IMG/VR virus record: IMGVR_UViG_3300042564_003265
Source of the DNA: a virus
Lineage: Duplodnaviria; Heunggongvirae; Uroviricota; Caudoviricetes
Reading direction: 5' to 3' (one strand)
Length of the DNA: 53,323 nt
Shown: piece by piece, positions 9,282 to 18,530 of the stretch
Position numbering within the stretch: the stretch's first letter is position 1
How the letters are laid out: every line of letters starts with the position of its first letter
Translations under genes and position numbers: made by a program
Notes under the pieces: generated by a model
Databases searched by the model: none
Told to the model about the DNA's origin: nothing
Seen by the model: only the letters and a program-made list of their open reading frames with translations

Positions 9282-10069
9282 ATTAAAGTTTTTTGAGACT
9301 TCGGGAAGTCGTAATAATCATAAATAGTATTGTATCTTTTTATGAATTCGTCATCTAATATTAAATTACATTCCATATGTTTACTTGAATTTACGGAGTG
9401 TAGTTTAAATGGTTTACCTAACTTCTCTGATACCCAATCTTCCAATTTATCCATTTCATTAAAATCAAACCAAATTATGTTTGGGTCGTTATTTGTCCAA
9501 TGAGATATTGGAGTTAATAATATATCAATCATATTAACTGCGTAACCTTTTGTGTTTGATTTAAAAAATTCCTCTTCGGATTTATTAAATTTAGAGGTTA
9601 CTGAGATGTCTATTCTTTCGTCTATTATTTTCAAATCAATTAGAAAGTCACATATAACATCCCATCGTTTTTTTTTATTTATCACATCATCTTTGGTGAA
9701 AAAAAATAATTCATCTAAGGTCATTTTAGAGAAAACATCATAGATTCGATGAAACCCCATACGTTGTAAATCAAACAAAACGTGTTTATATAGTGAATAG
9801 AATCTCTCGTGTCTTTGTCTCTTAACCGCAATAACCGGATACTCAACCCCAAATTTATTCTGTAAATCAACTATCGATTCGTGTCCGTGATAGATGTAGT
9901 TCATTAAAGTACTTTTGTCAATTGATTTAAAATCAATGTCAGCATTTGCAGTTTCCCACTCACCATTATGTGTTTGTACATCAACATCGTTAAGAATACA
10001 AGAATAATGAAATGCTGTAGATGCACATCTCGGTAAACTTAAATAAAAAAACTTATTATCAATTAACAT
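9278..10069 (-). CDS. Sulfotransferase family protein
   Basis: FYLSLPRCASTAFH loop, YHGH, and AVKRQRHERFYSLY (RxPxxRxxSxY-like). Confidence 0.65.
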   Translation of the reverse strand: MLIDNKFFYLSLPRCASTAFHYSCILNDVDVQTHNGEWETANADIDFKSIDKSTLMNYIYHGHESIVDLQNKFGVEYPVIAVKRQRHERFYSLYKHVLFDLQRMGFHRIYDVFSKMTLDELFFFTKDDVINKKKRWDVICDFLIDLKIIDERIDISVTSKFNKSEEEFFKSNTKGYAVNMIDILLTPISHWTNNDPNIIWFDFNEMDKLEDWVSEKLGKPFKLHSVNSSKHMECNLILDDEFIKRYNTIYDYYDFPKSQKTLI

Positions 10070-10638
10070 TACAGTAACGACTTTTTAATTGTTTTTGACG
10101 GCCACACGTTTATTGAATATCTTTCTCCGCCGGTTACCTTATCAACTGAATGTACTATATTCGAATCGAATATGAAAACACTACCTTGTTTCTTATTTAC
10201 AACATAATCGATATCATTCATTCTATATTTCACTTCCCCATCTTCATAATCGTCGTTAAGTTGGATGATGTATGTGATGGTTGCCCCATTTAAAATTTCG
10301 TGACTATCGGGGTGCCAGTCTAAAAAGTCCCCAATTCCGTATCTGTTGAATGAATATTTTGGTACTCCGTTGTATATTATATTATTAAACGGGTTCAATT
10401 CATTTGACAAATCGATTATTTTTTTAGAAAGAGATTTAATTGTTGGGTCCTCTAATGATTCATCGGTAAAATAACAACCCATTCGTTTATTACCCTCATA
10501 TTCCAAATTTTCCGCAATAAGTTTACCATTAACAAAACGTGAAGATTTCATTTGGATTAATTCGGTGGAATTACCTATATCAATAATAGATTTACATTCT
10601 TCCTCCGTTAAAAAATTCTCAATGTATTTTGTGAACAT
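10069..10638 (-). CDS. Fe(II)/2-oxoglutarate oxygenase
   Basis: FLDWHPD...LNDDYEDGE...VHSVDKVTGGERYSINVW. Confidence 0.9.
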   Translation of the reverse strand: MFTKYIENFLTEEECKSIIDIGNSTELIQMKSSRFVNGKLIAENLEYEGNKRMGCYFTDESLEDPTIKSLSKKIIDLSNELNPFNNIIYNGVPKYSFNRYGIGDFLDWHPDSHEILNGATITYIIQLNDDYEDGEVKYRMNDIDYVVNKKQGSVFIFDSNIVHSVDKVTGGERYSINVWPSKTIKKSLL

Positions 10639-11291
10639 TATATTAATGATTTTTCTTTTTTAATGAATTCAAAACCAATGTTACCCGCTAAAACTATCCT
10701 ATCAATTGTTGAGTTGGGTGCGTTATTCGGTGAATGTGGCATATCTGCTTCCATTATTATCAAATCATCTTCCTCAGGTCTAATCCAATACTCTTTTTTA
10801 TTCTTACCTCTAAAATATAAAACACCATCTTCACCATTCATCACATCAGGCATTTGTATGTAATAAACATAAGTGTAGTTTGGTGGGAATGACTTCATTT
10901 CCTTATTAATGTCCGTATGAACGTGAAATTTATCAACACCTTTTAGTTCGTTGTGTTTAAATTGTAATTGTACTGGATTTTGTGAACGAACAACGTTAAC
11001 CCAAGCATCGGTATTAATCTTATTGTATGGTATATTTTTTTCTTCGTAAAGTTCTTTACAAAAATTAATACCTTCTTGAATCACTTTATCTAAATTGGTT
11101 TCGATATTAATCTCACCAATAAAATTTAAATTATTGTTCCATTCTTTTTTGTAACCGAATCCATCGGTTTTCACCTCCGGTTGGGATTCTATGATTAAGT
11201 ATGATTCTTTTAAAAAAGATGACTTATCACTAACCTTATTTAATTTGGTTTTCCATATAAAAGTCGTGTCGTCAAAATATAATTTCTCCAT
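10638..11291 (-). CDS. 2OG-Fe(II) oxygenase-like cupin (HxH type)
   Basis: AWVNVVR, FHVH, YVYYIQMP, GVLYF, MPHSP...RIVLAGNI. Confidence 0.65.
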   Translation of the reverse strand: MEKLYFDDTTFIWKTKLNKVSDKSSFLKESYLIIESQPEVKTDGFGYKKEWNNNLNFIGEINIETNLDKVIQEGINFCKELYEEKNIPYNKINTDAWVNVVRSQNPVQLQFKHNELKGVDKFHVHTDINKEMKSFPPNYTYVYYIQMPDVMNGEDGVLYFRGKNKKEYWIRPEEDDLIIMEADMPHSPNNAPNSTIDRIVLAGNIGFEFIKKEKSLI

Positions 11292-11292
11292 A

Positions 11293-12537
11293 CTATATCA
11301 ATTCCTTTTTTAATACTTTTCTATTCTTTCTGAATATGTTTAAGTAATTGTTCACAAAAAAAGTAAGTTCATTTGGTTCAATTCCTTCTAACTCAAATGA
11401 TTCGAGTAACTCCATATCATTTCTAACCGTTATTGAATTGTTTTTATCCAATATTTTTTTCAATTTCGAAGGGATTGGCATTGATGTACAATCTTTCCAA
11501 AATTGGGTATCGTCTCTCTCACACAAATAATGATATCTAATGAAATTTAAATTCTGTTCATTAATTTGATAACACCACATATTATATTTCTCAACATCCC
11601 CTTCGTCAAAATTAATATCAATTAATTTCTTTAACTGCATAATTGTTGTCATCAAAGAAGTTGCTTCTAACGGCTCTATAAAACCATATGATAGACCGAT
11701 GGAAACTGAGTTACCAATCCAACTTCTTTTATAGGTGCCAGGATTAAAATCAAATACTTTTTGTATTGTAACTTCGTGACCCAAATATTTTTCAACCTCA
11801 CTCTTAGCATCTTCTACGGTTATGTATTTGTTATTGAAAACGTAACCACATCCCCATCTGTGTTGTAGCGGGATTTTAAACATCCACCCACAGTCCATCG
11901 ACGTCATTTCAGTATATGTTTTATCATTTACCTGATATTCATTATCTTGTGGTAGGAAAAACGCTAGCGCTTTATTCATCATAAGATAGTCCGAATAACT
12001 GTACCATTTTTCTTTGTGAACCCCCTCAATAATAAGTCTTGCAAACCCACTACAATCAAATACAAAATCTAAATCAATTATATCACCATCTTTTAATTTT
12101 AACTCTGTGATATTTTCATTTTCATTTACAATACTCTCAACCTCACCATCAACCCACTCAACTCCTCTACTCACCGCAATTTCTTTCAAATATTTTGCAA
12201 CCAATCTTGCGTCAAAGTGATATGCATACGATTTGTTTACTTCATTCGGACCATCACCAAAAAACAAATGTTTTGATAATTCATTTTGACCCGTCCAATT
12301 GTATAAATGTAACCCTCCCTTTACTGTGGATTTGGTTCTTTCAAAAAATTCTTTTTGGTTTATATCCAATAGTGATAACATCTTACCGAAGTTAGATGTT
12401 CCACCTTCACCCGCACCTAAAATTCCTATTTTGGAACTTTCAATTAAAGTAACTTTAGTGTTCCCCCAAAATTTATTTACAACCAATGCGGTTAACCATC
12501 CCGCAGTTCCTCCACCTATTATTACTACTTTTTTCAT
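11293..12537 (-). CDS. Flavin-dependent tryptophan-halogenase-family protein
   Basis: IIGGGTAGW (FAD), GAGEG, TVKGG (catalytic-Lys position), YAYHFDA, GWMFKIP (WxWxIP-like), FIEPLEATS. Confidence 0.85.
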   Translation of the reverse strand: MKKVVIIGGGTAGWLTALVVNKFWGNTKVTLIESSKIGILGAGEGGTSNFGKMLSLLDINQKEFFERTKSTVKGGLHLYNWTGQNELSKHLFFGDGPNEVNKSYAYHFDARLVAKYLKEIAVSRGVEWVDGEVESIVNENENITELKLKDGDIIDLDFVFDCSGFARLIIEGVHKEKWYSYSDYLMMNKALAFFLPQDNEYQVNDKTYTEMTSMDCGWMFKIPLQHRWGCGYVFNNKYITVEDAKSEVEKYLGHEVTIQKVFDFNPGTYKRSWIGNSVSIGLSYGFIEPLEATSLMTTIMQLKKLIDINFDEGDVEKYNMWCYQINEQNLNFIRYHYLCERDDTQFWKDCTSMPIPSKLKKILDKNNSITVRNDMELLESFELEGIEPNELTFFVNNYLNIFRKNRKVLKKELI

Positions 12538-12538
12538 A

Positions 12539-12877
12539 TTACGGTATTAAATGTCTCACCAATATTGTTAATGATATACAAATCCATATTGTGTTGAAAG
12601 CAATCAACGTGGGTAAATCTTTTCTCATTGATGCCCAAATCAATAGTGATGATGTTAGTAAGGTTAGAAAATGCATATACCATAATTCAATACCGAACAC
12701 CAATCCAGGTATGAGAATTATAGCTTTAGTAAACCAAGATGCAAATTCTATTGTATTATAATCTGTCCAATATGATTTACTTAAAAACATTTTATATCTA
12801 TCAAATATTCGTTTCCATCCAATGATGGTATATAAAAATGTAATTGCAATTATAAACGATAATACATATTTCATCAT
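12539..12877 (-). CDS. Small multi-pass membrane protein
   Basis: 112 aa with 3-4 hydrophobic segments. Confidence 0.6.
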   Translation of the reverse strand: MMKYVLSFIIAITFLYTIIGWKRIFDRYKMFLSKSYWTDYNTIEFASWFTKAIILIPGLVFGIELWYMHFLTLLTSSLLIWASMRKDLPTLIAFNTIWICISLTILVRHLIP

Positions 12878-13422
12878 ATTAAATTTTGTTGTGAAGAATT
12901 AGTTTTTATTATTGATACCCAATTAACTAATGAGTATCGTACTCCATCTTCAACCGGAGTAACTCTGTGACGTAAATTAGAATCGAAAATATATAAAGTA
13001 CCTACTTTATTGTGAATAGGTACCAATTCCCCTTTTGGGTTTTTTATTTCAAGTACCCCACCAGTGTAATCATCATTTAGTTGGATTACTGTTGAGGTGA
13101 ATCTATCCATAAAAGTAGTTGAGTCTCTGTCGGTGTGCCAACCATAAAATTCTCCGACTTTATATTCGGTAAACTGAAATGGTCCGAGTCCCGTTACTTC
13201 CATTCCATTAATAATGAATGAGTCTTTGAGTATGTCTTTTAGTTTTTGATTAACATCACCTAAGTCGTTAACCCAACCTACCGACGATTTTCTTTCGTTA
13301 GGGTTTCCACCGATAGTACCCGCAACAGATAAACTAATGTCTTCTTTGCACCTATTTAATATGTGAAAACATTCGTCCTTTGTTAAAAAATCCTCAACTA
13401 CTCTGATTTCATTATTTCTCAC
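12874..13422 (-). CDS. Fe(II)/2-oxoglutarate oxygenase (PKHD-type)
   Basis: QFTEY, GWHTD, LNDDYTGG, RHRVTPVEDGVRYSLVNW. Confidence 0.9.
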   Translation of the reverse strand: MRNNEIRVVEDFLTKDECFHILNRCKEDISLSVAGTIGGNPNERKSSVGWVNDLGDVNQKLKDILKDSFIINGMEVTGLGPFQFTEYKVGEFYGWHTDRDSTTFMDRFTSTVIQLNDDYTGGVLEIKNPKGELVPIHNKVGTLYIFDSNLRHRVTPVEDGVRYSLVNWVSIIKTNSSQQNLI

Positions 13423-13633
13423 TTTCCTTTTTTAAACCGTATTTTATGTATTTGTACCAAGTTCTTTCGTGTAGATAATATAATAACATTTTTGTTATAA
13501 CTTCCACCCCACCTATTGCCATACCGATTTTTAAATCTCCGGTTATAATCCAACTTAAAATAATTGTGTCCAATGTACCAACGATTCTCCAAGTTATGGT
13601 TTTAGCTATGTGTCTTTTCTTTTCTACTAACAT
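13412..13633 (-). CDS. DUF2061-like small membrane protein
   Basis: RHIAKTITWRIVGTLDT...KMLLYYLHERTW signature. Confidence 0.75.
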   Translation of the reverse strand: MLVEKKRHIAKTITWRIVGTLDTIILSWIITGDLKIGMAIGGVEVITKMLLYYLHERTWYKYIKYGLKKESEK

Positions 13634-13634
13634 A

Positions 13635-14015
13635 TTAATCTATATTTTCATTATACATTGAAGTCCCGTCGGATTTCATATTACCGGTTCTAATAGCGGT
13701 TCCACTAATTGCTGCAACATCTGCTGGTGGTTCGTGATAGATTACATCGTAACCAACTCCTCTACCATAATTGACGCTATCAATGTCGGGAATTATTGAC
13801 AACAATATCTTATCGAAATTATCATTAAAGAAAGGTTCTTTAATTAAATCTTGAAACACCTCTTGGGCTGTTTTAGGATTGTTTTCATCAACCTCAACAT
13901 CTCTAATTGCGACCCAAACGTTTTTACCTTGGTCTAATTGTTGTCTAATTAACCATTCGTGGCCTTTATGCCAGTTCTGCCATCTTCCGATGTACAATGA
14001 AAATTTTTTACTCAT
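13635..14015 (-). CDS. HxGH nucleotidyltransferase domain, possible minimal ATP sulfurylase
   Basis: IGRWQNWHKGH and ISGTAIR motifs; adjacent to cysC. Confidence 0.65.
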   Translation of the reverse strand: MSKKFSLYIGRWQNWHKGHEWLIRQQLDQGKNVWVAIRDVEVDENNPKTAQEVFQDLIKEPFFNDNFDKILLSIIPDIDSVNYGRGVGYDVIYHEPPADVAAISGTAIRTGNMKSDGTSMYNENID

Positions 14016-14446
14016 AAAAATAATTTATTAATTAATTCGGTGTAAGATTCTATCTCACCTGTATTAGTGGTATCTATTGATATATAATTTTCAGTTGGGG
14101 GTTGGTAATCTTTAACGTGAAAGTCTTCTCTACCTCTAAGGTCTGTTGTATGAATGTAAATCTCAATTACGTCAGATTTACTTTTGAGGTCATCTCTTAA
14201 ATCTTTGTATGGTGACACTAATGACGCCACTACATTATATCCCTTTTCATTTAAGAAGTGAGCAATATCCATTGCTTTTTGGATGTTTGCACGTCTACCA
14301 TTTTCGGAATAATCTTTATTTTTGAAGATGTCTCTCAAATCATCACCATCAATGTGTATGGTATTCCCTACATTTAGATAATCAACTAACTTTTCAGCTA
14401 AAGTTGTTTTACCAGCACCGGGTTGTCCTGTAAACCAATATATCAT
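14012..14446 (-). CDS. cysC: Adenylyl-sulfate (APS) kinase
   Basis: WFTGQPGAGKTT, HIDGDDLR, LVSPY..R, YQPP. Start moved to ATG 14446 (MIYW) because a promoter overlaps the track start. Confidence 0.85.
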   Translation of the reverse strand: MIYWFTGQPGAGKTTLAEKLVDYLNVGNTIHIDGDDLRDIFKNKDYSENGRRANIQKAMDIAHFLNEKGYNVVASLVSPYKDLRDDLKSKSDVIEIYIHTTDLRGREDFHVKDYQPPTENYISIDTTNTGEIESYTELINKLFL

Positions 14447-14453
14447 ATGATAT

Positions 14454-14482
14454 AATATACACAAAAATTAAGGGAAAGTCAA
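14454..14482 (-). promoter_or_regulatory. Sigma70-like promoter TTGACT-N17-TATATT
   Basis: Read directly; the -10 box ends 7 nt before ATG 14446. Confidence 0.65.
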
Positions 14483-14484
14483 AT

Positions 14485-15423
14485 CTAAAATAAATTCAAA
14501 TAGTCTTCGAATCCGTTAGTAGTTACAATGTGTTTCCATTCGTTAATTCTTTCGGTTCTGTATTCCTCATTATTAACGATATGTGATTTTTTTAACCATA
14601 TGTGGTCATATTCAATCTTTGGGGTATTTCTCTCACATCCATCGTATTCCATCCAATCCGAAATGTATCCTTGTTTGTGTCGATTATTGTATGGGTCAGC
14701 AAATTGTATGAAGATTCGGTTCTCAACATCCCCAACCTTTAAATTTAAATCTCTAATGGTGTAACCTAATATGTTTTGGTCCGACATCAACCATAACCAA
14801 TCTAAAACTTTATCGTATGTTTTATTAACAATTCTCATATGAAGTTCTCGATACTTCTTAAGTAATAACTTATTGTTAACAAATAAGAATGATGTGTTTG
14901 GTATTGCCATCCTTTCTTCAAATTCAGGCATATGTAATTTTACGTCTCTCAATTGATAATCGTGTATAAACATATTGCCTCTTAACATTTCCCAATGTGT
15001 GTGAACCACATCGTAATTAAATAACCATTTAGGTAGTGGTGTTTTAATTATTAAATCCAAGTCTAAAAATAAAAACGGGGGTTTCTCGTGACAGATTGAG
15101 AATATCTTACCGCTAGTCCAGAACTGTGCCGGATTCACTAACGTACTATCCAATTTATTTAAAACATCAACATCAACCTCATCAAATAAATCAAGTATAC
15201 CTATTTTTTGGTAATAATCTCGACCTACGGTATCTGTATAAAGTTTAATTGGGACTCCACCGAATTTCTTGGCACTTGTAATTGATGCCAATTGCATATA
15301 TAACTCATACGGTTGTAGGTTATATTCATCTTGATTATCAACGACTGTGATATCTTTTTTATATCCGTTAAACTTATCTCGATGAAAGAATGGTTTAGTC
15401 CAATTTACAAAAATTATCTTCAT
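14485..15423 (-). CDS. DUF6734-like putative GT-A transferase
   Basis: IKLYTD, FWTSGKI...PFLFLDLDL, PNTSFL. Confidence 0.55.
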   Translation of the reverse strand: MKIIFVNWTKPFFHRDKFNGYKKDITVVDNQDEYNLQPYELYMQLASITSAKKFGGVPIKLYTDTVGRDYYQKIGILDLFDEVDVDVLNKLDSTLVNPAQFWTSGKIFSICHEKPPFLFLDLDLIIKTPLPKWLFNYDVVHTHWEMLRGNMFIHDYQLRDVKLHMPEFEERMAIPNTSFLFVNNKLLLKKYRELHMRIVNKTYDKVLDWLWLMSDQNILGYTIRDLNLKVGDVENRIFIQFADPYNNRHKQGYISDWMEYDGCERNTPKIEYDHIWLKKSHIVNNEEYRTERINEWKHIVTTNGFEDYLNLF

Positions 15424-15424
15424 A

Positions 15425-16213
15425 CTATTCGTGAATAAAATATAGATTTTTATTCAATTTGTCAATCGAATACTTATTGAGTTTTATTTGTTTTCCCCAC
15501 ATCTCCAAGTCATCCTTACCCAAACAAACGACCGGTTCAATCTTATCCAAATATTCATCAGTCGTTTCAATAAACCTATTAAAATATATCATAGCACAAA
15601 CCTCCTCAATATTTGATACTATACCATATTGTCTCTGTATAATGTTTAATTCTTTAAAAAAGTCTTTGTTTCTACAATAGATAAATCCGGCGTTTGGAAT
15701 GACTATACCGTTATCGAATTTCCATTTTCCTCTTCTTTGTATTTGATAGAAGAACATATTATAATAGTGGATGTCGTCACTAACGAAGGGACTAATTGTT
15801 TTATAGTCCTTTAAAATTTCATTAGGGTAAAAATATAACGGTATTTGAATGTCCGATTTACCTCTAAGAAGTGTATAGAAATCATCATCCAATGGTTTTT
15901 GAATTTCACAATCCCAGTCAAGGAATAATATCTCATCGTACATTTCCATTGCACGTTCCAAAGCCATTATTTTATGGAAAAAATTAAACTCGACATTTAC
16001 AATACTCTCACCCATATAATGATATGGATAACCTATCTTGTCCAAAAAATCACAATTAACTTTATCCCAAACAAAAACAATCTGATTATTTAGATTATGT
16101 TTTTCATCTAACTCTTTAGTTCTTAAGCATTCGGAATGGTAAGAATTTAAATTCTTTTCAAAAAATTGGTGGTCACTTTTACCCCAAAGACATCTTACTA
16201 TTTTCATATCCAT
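15425..16213 (-). CDS. Putative GT-A nucleotide-diphospho-sugar transferase
   Basis: FHKIMAL...ILFLDWD (DxD), PNAGFIY. Confidence 0.5.
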   Translation of the reverse strand: MDMKIVRCLWGKSDHQFFEKNLNSYHSECLRTKELDEKHNLNNQIVFVWDKVNCDFLDKIGYPYHYMGESIVNVEFNFFHKIMALERAMEMYDEILFLDWDCEIQKPLDDDFYTLLRGKSDIQIPLYFYPNEILKDYKTISPFVSDDIHYYNMFFYQIQRRGKWKFDNGIVIPNAGFIYCRNKDFFKELNIIQRQYGIVSNIEEVCAMIYFNRFIETTDEYLDKIEPVVCLGKDDLEMWGKQIKLNKYSIDKLNKNLYFIHE

Positions 16214-16769
16214 TCGGTGCTAGGTTAGAAGGAAAATGATTTTTTAATTGTTTGAAAAATGGGTCGGTAACAAATTTTAAATTTAAGTTGTTTATCTTAA
16301 CCATTTCCCAATCAAAAGCCTGTGTTATTTTGTTGCTGTCAAAATGATTTAAAATCTTTTTCGTTCCTTCTAAAGATACGAAATATGAATGACAATCGAT
16401 AGTCTTTTTACCATCGGACCCAATATTAAAAACGTCAAAATCATTGAAATTGACATTATTGAAATCAAATTCATTTATCAAATCAACATCATCCTCGAGT
16501 ATTAATATATTGAGGTTTTGTTGATTTGCTGTCCGTATTAAATTTACGTGTGATAACAACGTTGCCATTACGGCTCGTTGATTGACGTTGAATTGATAGT
16601 AATCAACATTACTGAACAGATTACTTATAGTTTCATCTGTAATGTCGTCCGACTCAACAGCATTATAAAACTTAAAATCAAGTCTTAATTTATTCATTAA
16701 ATCATTCATATGGTCTCTTCTCTTTATATCACTTTTTAACGATATGATATAGATAAGATAGTTCTCCAT
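16179..16769 (-). CDS. Glycosyltransferase family 25-like protein
   Basis: YIISL...RR..M, FYNAV, SH, LILEDD, HSYFVS..G..K.L. Confidence 0.75.
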   Translation of the reverse strand: MENYLIYIISLKSDIKRRDHMNDLMNKLRLDFKFYNAVESDDITDETISNLFSNVDYYQFNVNQRAVMATLLSHVNLIRTANQQNLNILILEDDVDLINEFDFNNVNFNDFDVFNIGSDGKKTIDCHSYFVSLEGTKKILNHFDSNKITQAFDWEMVKINNLNLKFVTDPFFKQLKNHFPSNLAPNGYENSKMSLG

Positions 16770-16770
16770 A

Positions 16771-16887
16771 TTAATGTTTATAAATGAATGGGTCTCTTTT
16801 TTTAAGTTCCGCTAATTTCTTTTTGAATTCTCTTTTCTTTTTCCATTCAACCCATTTGTGGGTTAACCATCCGATAAATGTTTTCAT
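16771..16887 (-). CDS. 38-aa basic peptide ending KKRDPFIYKH, coupled to the carbamoyltransferase
   Basis: Not in the track. ATG overlaps the carbamoyltransferase stop (TAATG). Sequence MKTFIGWLTHKWVEWKKKREFKKKLAELKKRDPFIYKH. Confidence 0.7.
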   Translation of the reverse strand: MKTFIGWLTHKWVEWKKKREFKKKLAELKKRDPFIYKH

Positions 16888-18521
16888 TATTTTACTTGTT
16901 TATAAATTATATAATCACCAATTACCAATATATCCATTGCAGTGTCCAAATATGTTAGGATAGCATCTTCAGGTGTTAAGACCATTGTTTTGTCTTTAAC
17001 ATTAAACGATGTGTTTAATAAAATTGGGTAATCAGTTCGTTCTTCAAAATCTTTTAATAGATTATAAATTGGATTGTATGGCGTTACCGATTGAACTCTA
17101 GCAGTTCCATCGACGTGAGTAACCGCAGGTAATTTGTCTCTATATTTTTCTTTCACACTAACCACTTGATTCATATATGGAATGTATTCCGTTGAATCAA
17201 AATATTCACCTTGTTTATCGAAAATAACCATAGGTGCAAATGGTCTAAATCCTTCCCTCTTTTTAATAACCTTATTAATTCTTTCTTGCATATCCGGTAC
17301 CATAGGATTTGCTAATATTGACCTATTACCCAAAGCCCTCGCACCAAATTCAATCTTATCTTGAAACCAACCAACAACCATACCCATACTCAAGTATTGT
17401 GCAGTTCTTTTGTATAATTTTTCAGTAGTGTGTTTTCTATAGAACACCTTGTTACCAAACTTATTAAGTGTTTGAAGTATCTCATTATCACTATAAGATG
17501 GACCTAAAAACGGTGTTGGGTGTAATCTTACTTTTAAATTTTTTATAGATGTGAGGTAATCTAAACAAGAACCAATACAAGACCCAGCATCGGAAGGTGC
17601 TGGTGGTACCCATAGTTTCTTGAATAGTCCACTCTTAACTACTTTACCATTTGCACATCCATTGTACGCACATCCCCCACCAATGCAGAGATTGTCAGAG
17701 TTGTAAAATATCTTTGCGTCTTTAATCAATTTAAAAAATACTTCCTCATATCTTTCTTGAACAGATGCTGCTAAATCCTTGTGGTCTTGTGTTAATTTTT
17801 CGTTAGGTAAACGATTTTCAATTTCTAACAACTCAGCAAGTTTATAATTGAACATAGTATCTTTAGACCTATCCCAATCAAAACAATCCATATTACAATT
17901 TAATTTGTAACCATCGAAATTAATTAGTCTTGCAACATTGTTTCTATATTTCATAGGGTTACCGTAAGCCGCAAGTCCCATAACTTTATATTCACCTTCA
18001 TTTGGTTTGAATCCTAAAAAGGCGGTCATTGCAGAATAGTACAATCCTAATGAATCCGGATATTCAATCGTCTTGATATTGTGTATTTTTCCATTAATAC
18101 CTTTACCGATTGAAACTGTAGAAGTTTCACCTACACCATCTACCGAAACTATTAAAGCCTTATCAAAATTCGATGAAAGGTAAGAATAAGCCATATGTGA
18201 CATATGGTGTGATGTATAGTGTATATTTTTTGATATTTTTCTCAAGTTCCACCAAACCTTTAAGTTGGTTGAAATTGATGTTAAAAATGATTTTTTTCTC
18301 TTAAATCTAAGTTTTGGATTCTCATAATAACACACCGCCTCAATATCTGATTTGGATAGATTATAATGTTTGAAAATATACTCAATGGTTTTTTCAGGAA
18401 ATGAACTATCGTGTTTGATACCGGTGAATTTTTCTTCTTCACAGGCAAAGATTAATTCGTCATCCTTAAAAAGACAAGCAGAAGAATCGTGATAATATGC
18501 GGATACCCCAATTATATACAT
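16887..18521 (-). CDS. O-carbamoyltransferase (NodU/CmcH/TobZ family)
   Basis: HDSSA, EEEKF...KH, HHMSH, DGVGE, KVMGLAAYG, PAPSDAG, EFGARALGNRS, KREGFRPFAP, HVDGTARVQ, NTSFN. Confidence 0.92.
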   Translation of the reverse strand: MYIIGVSAYYHDSSACLFKDDELIFACEEEKFTGIKHDSSFPEKTIEYIFKHYNLSKSDIEAVCYYENPKLRFKRKKSFLTSISTNLKVWWNLRKISKNIHYTSHHMSHMAYSYLSSNFDKALIVSVDGVGETSTVSIGKGINGKIHNIKTIEYPDSLGLYYSAMTAFLGFKPNEGEYKVMGLAAYGNPMKYRNNVARLINFDGYKLNCNMDCFDWDRSKDTMFNYKLAELLEIENRLPNEKLTQDHKDLAASVQERYEEVFFKLIKDAKIFYNSDNLCIGGGCAYNGCANGKVVKSGLFKKLWVPPAPSDAGSCIGSCLDYLTSIKNLKVRLHPTPFLGPSYSDNEILQTLNKFGNKVFYRKHTTEKLYKRTAQYLSMGMVVGWFQDKIEFGARALGNRSILANPMVPDMQERINKVIKKREGFRPFAPMVIFDKQGEYFDSTEYIPYMNQVVSVKEKYRDKLPAVTHVDGTARVQSVTPYNPIYNLLKDFEERTDYPILLNTSFNVKDKTMVLTPEDAILTYLDTAMDILVIGDYIIYKQVK

Positions 18522-18530
18522 CTATAATAA

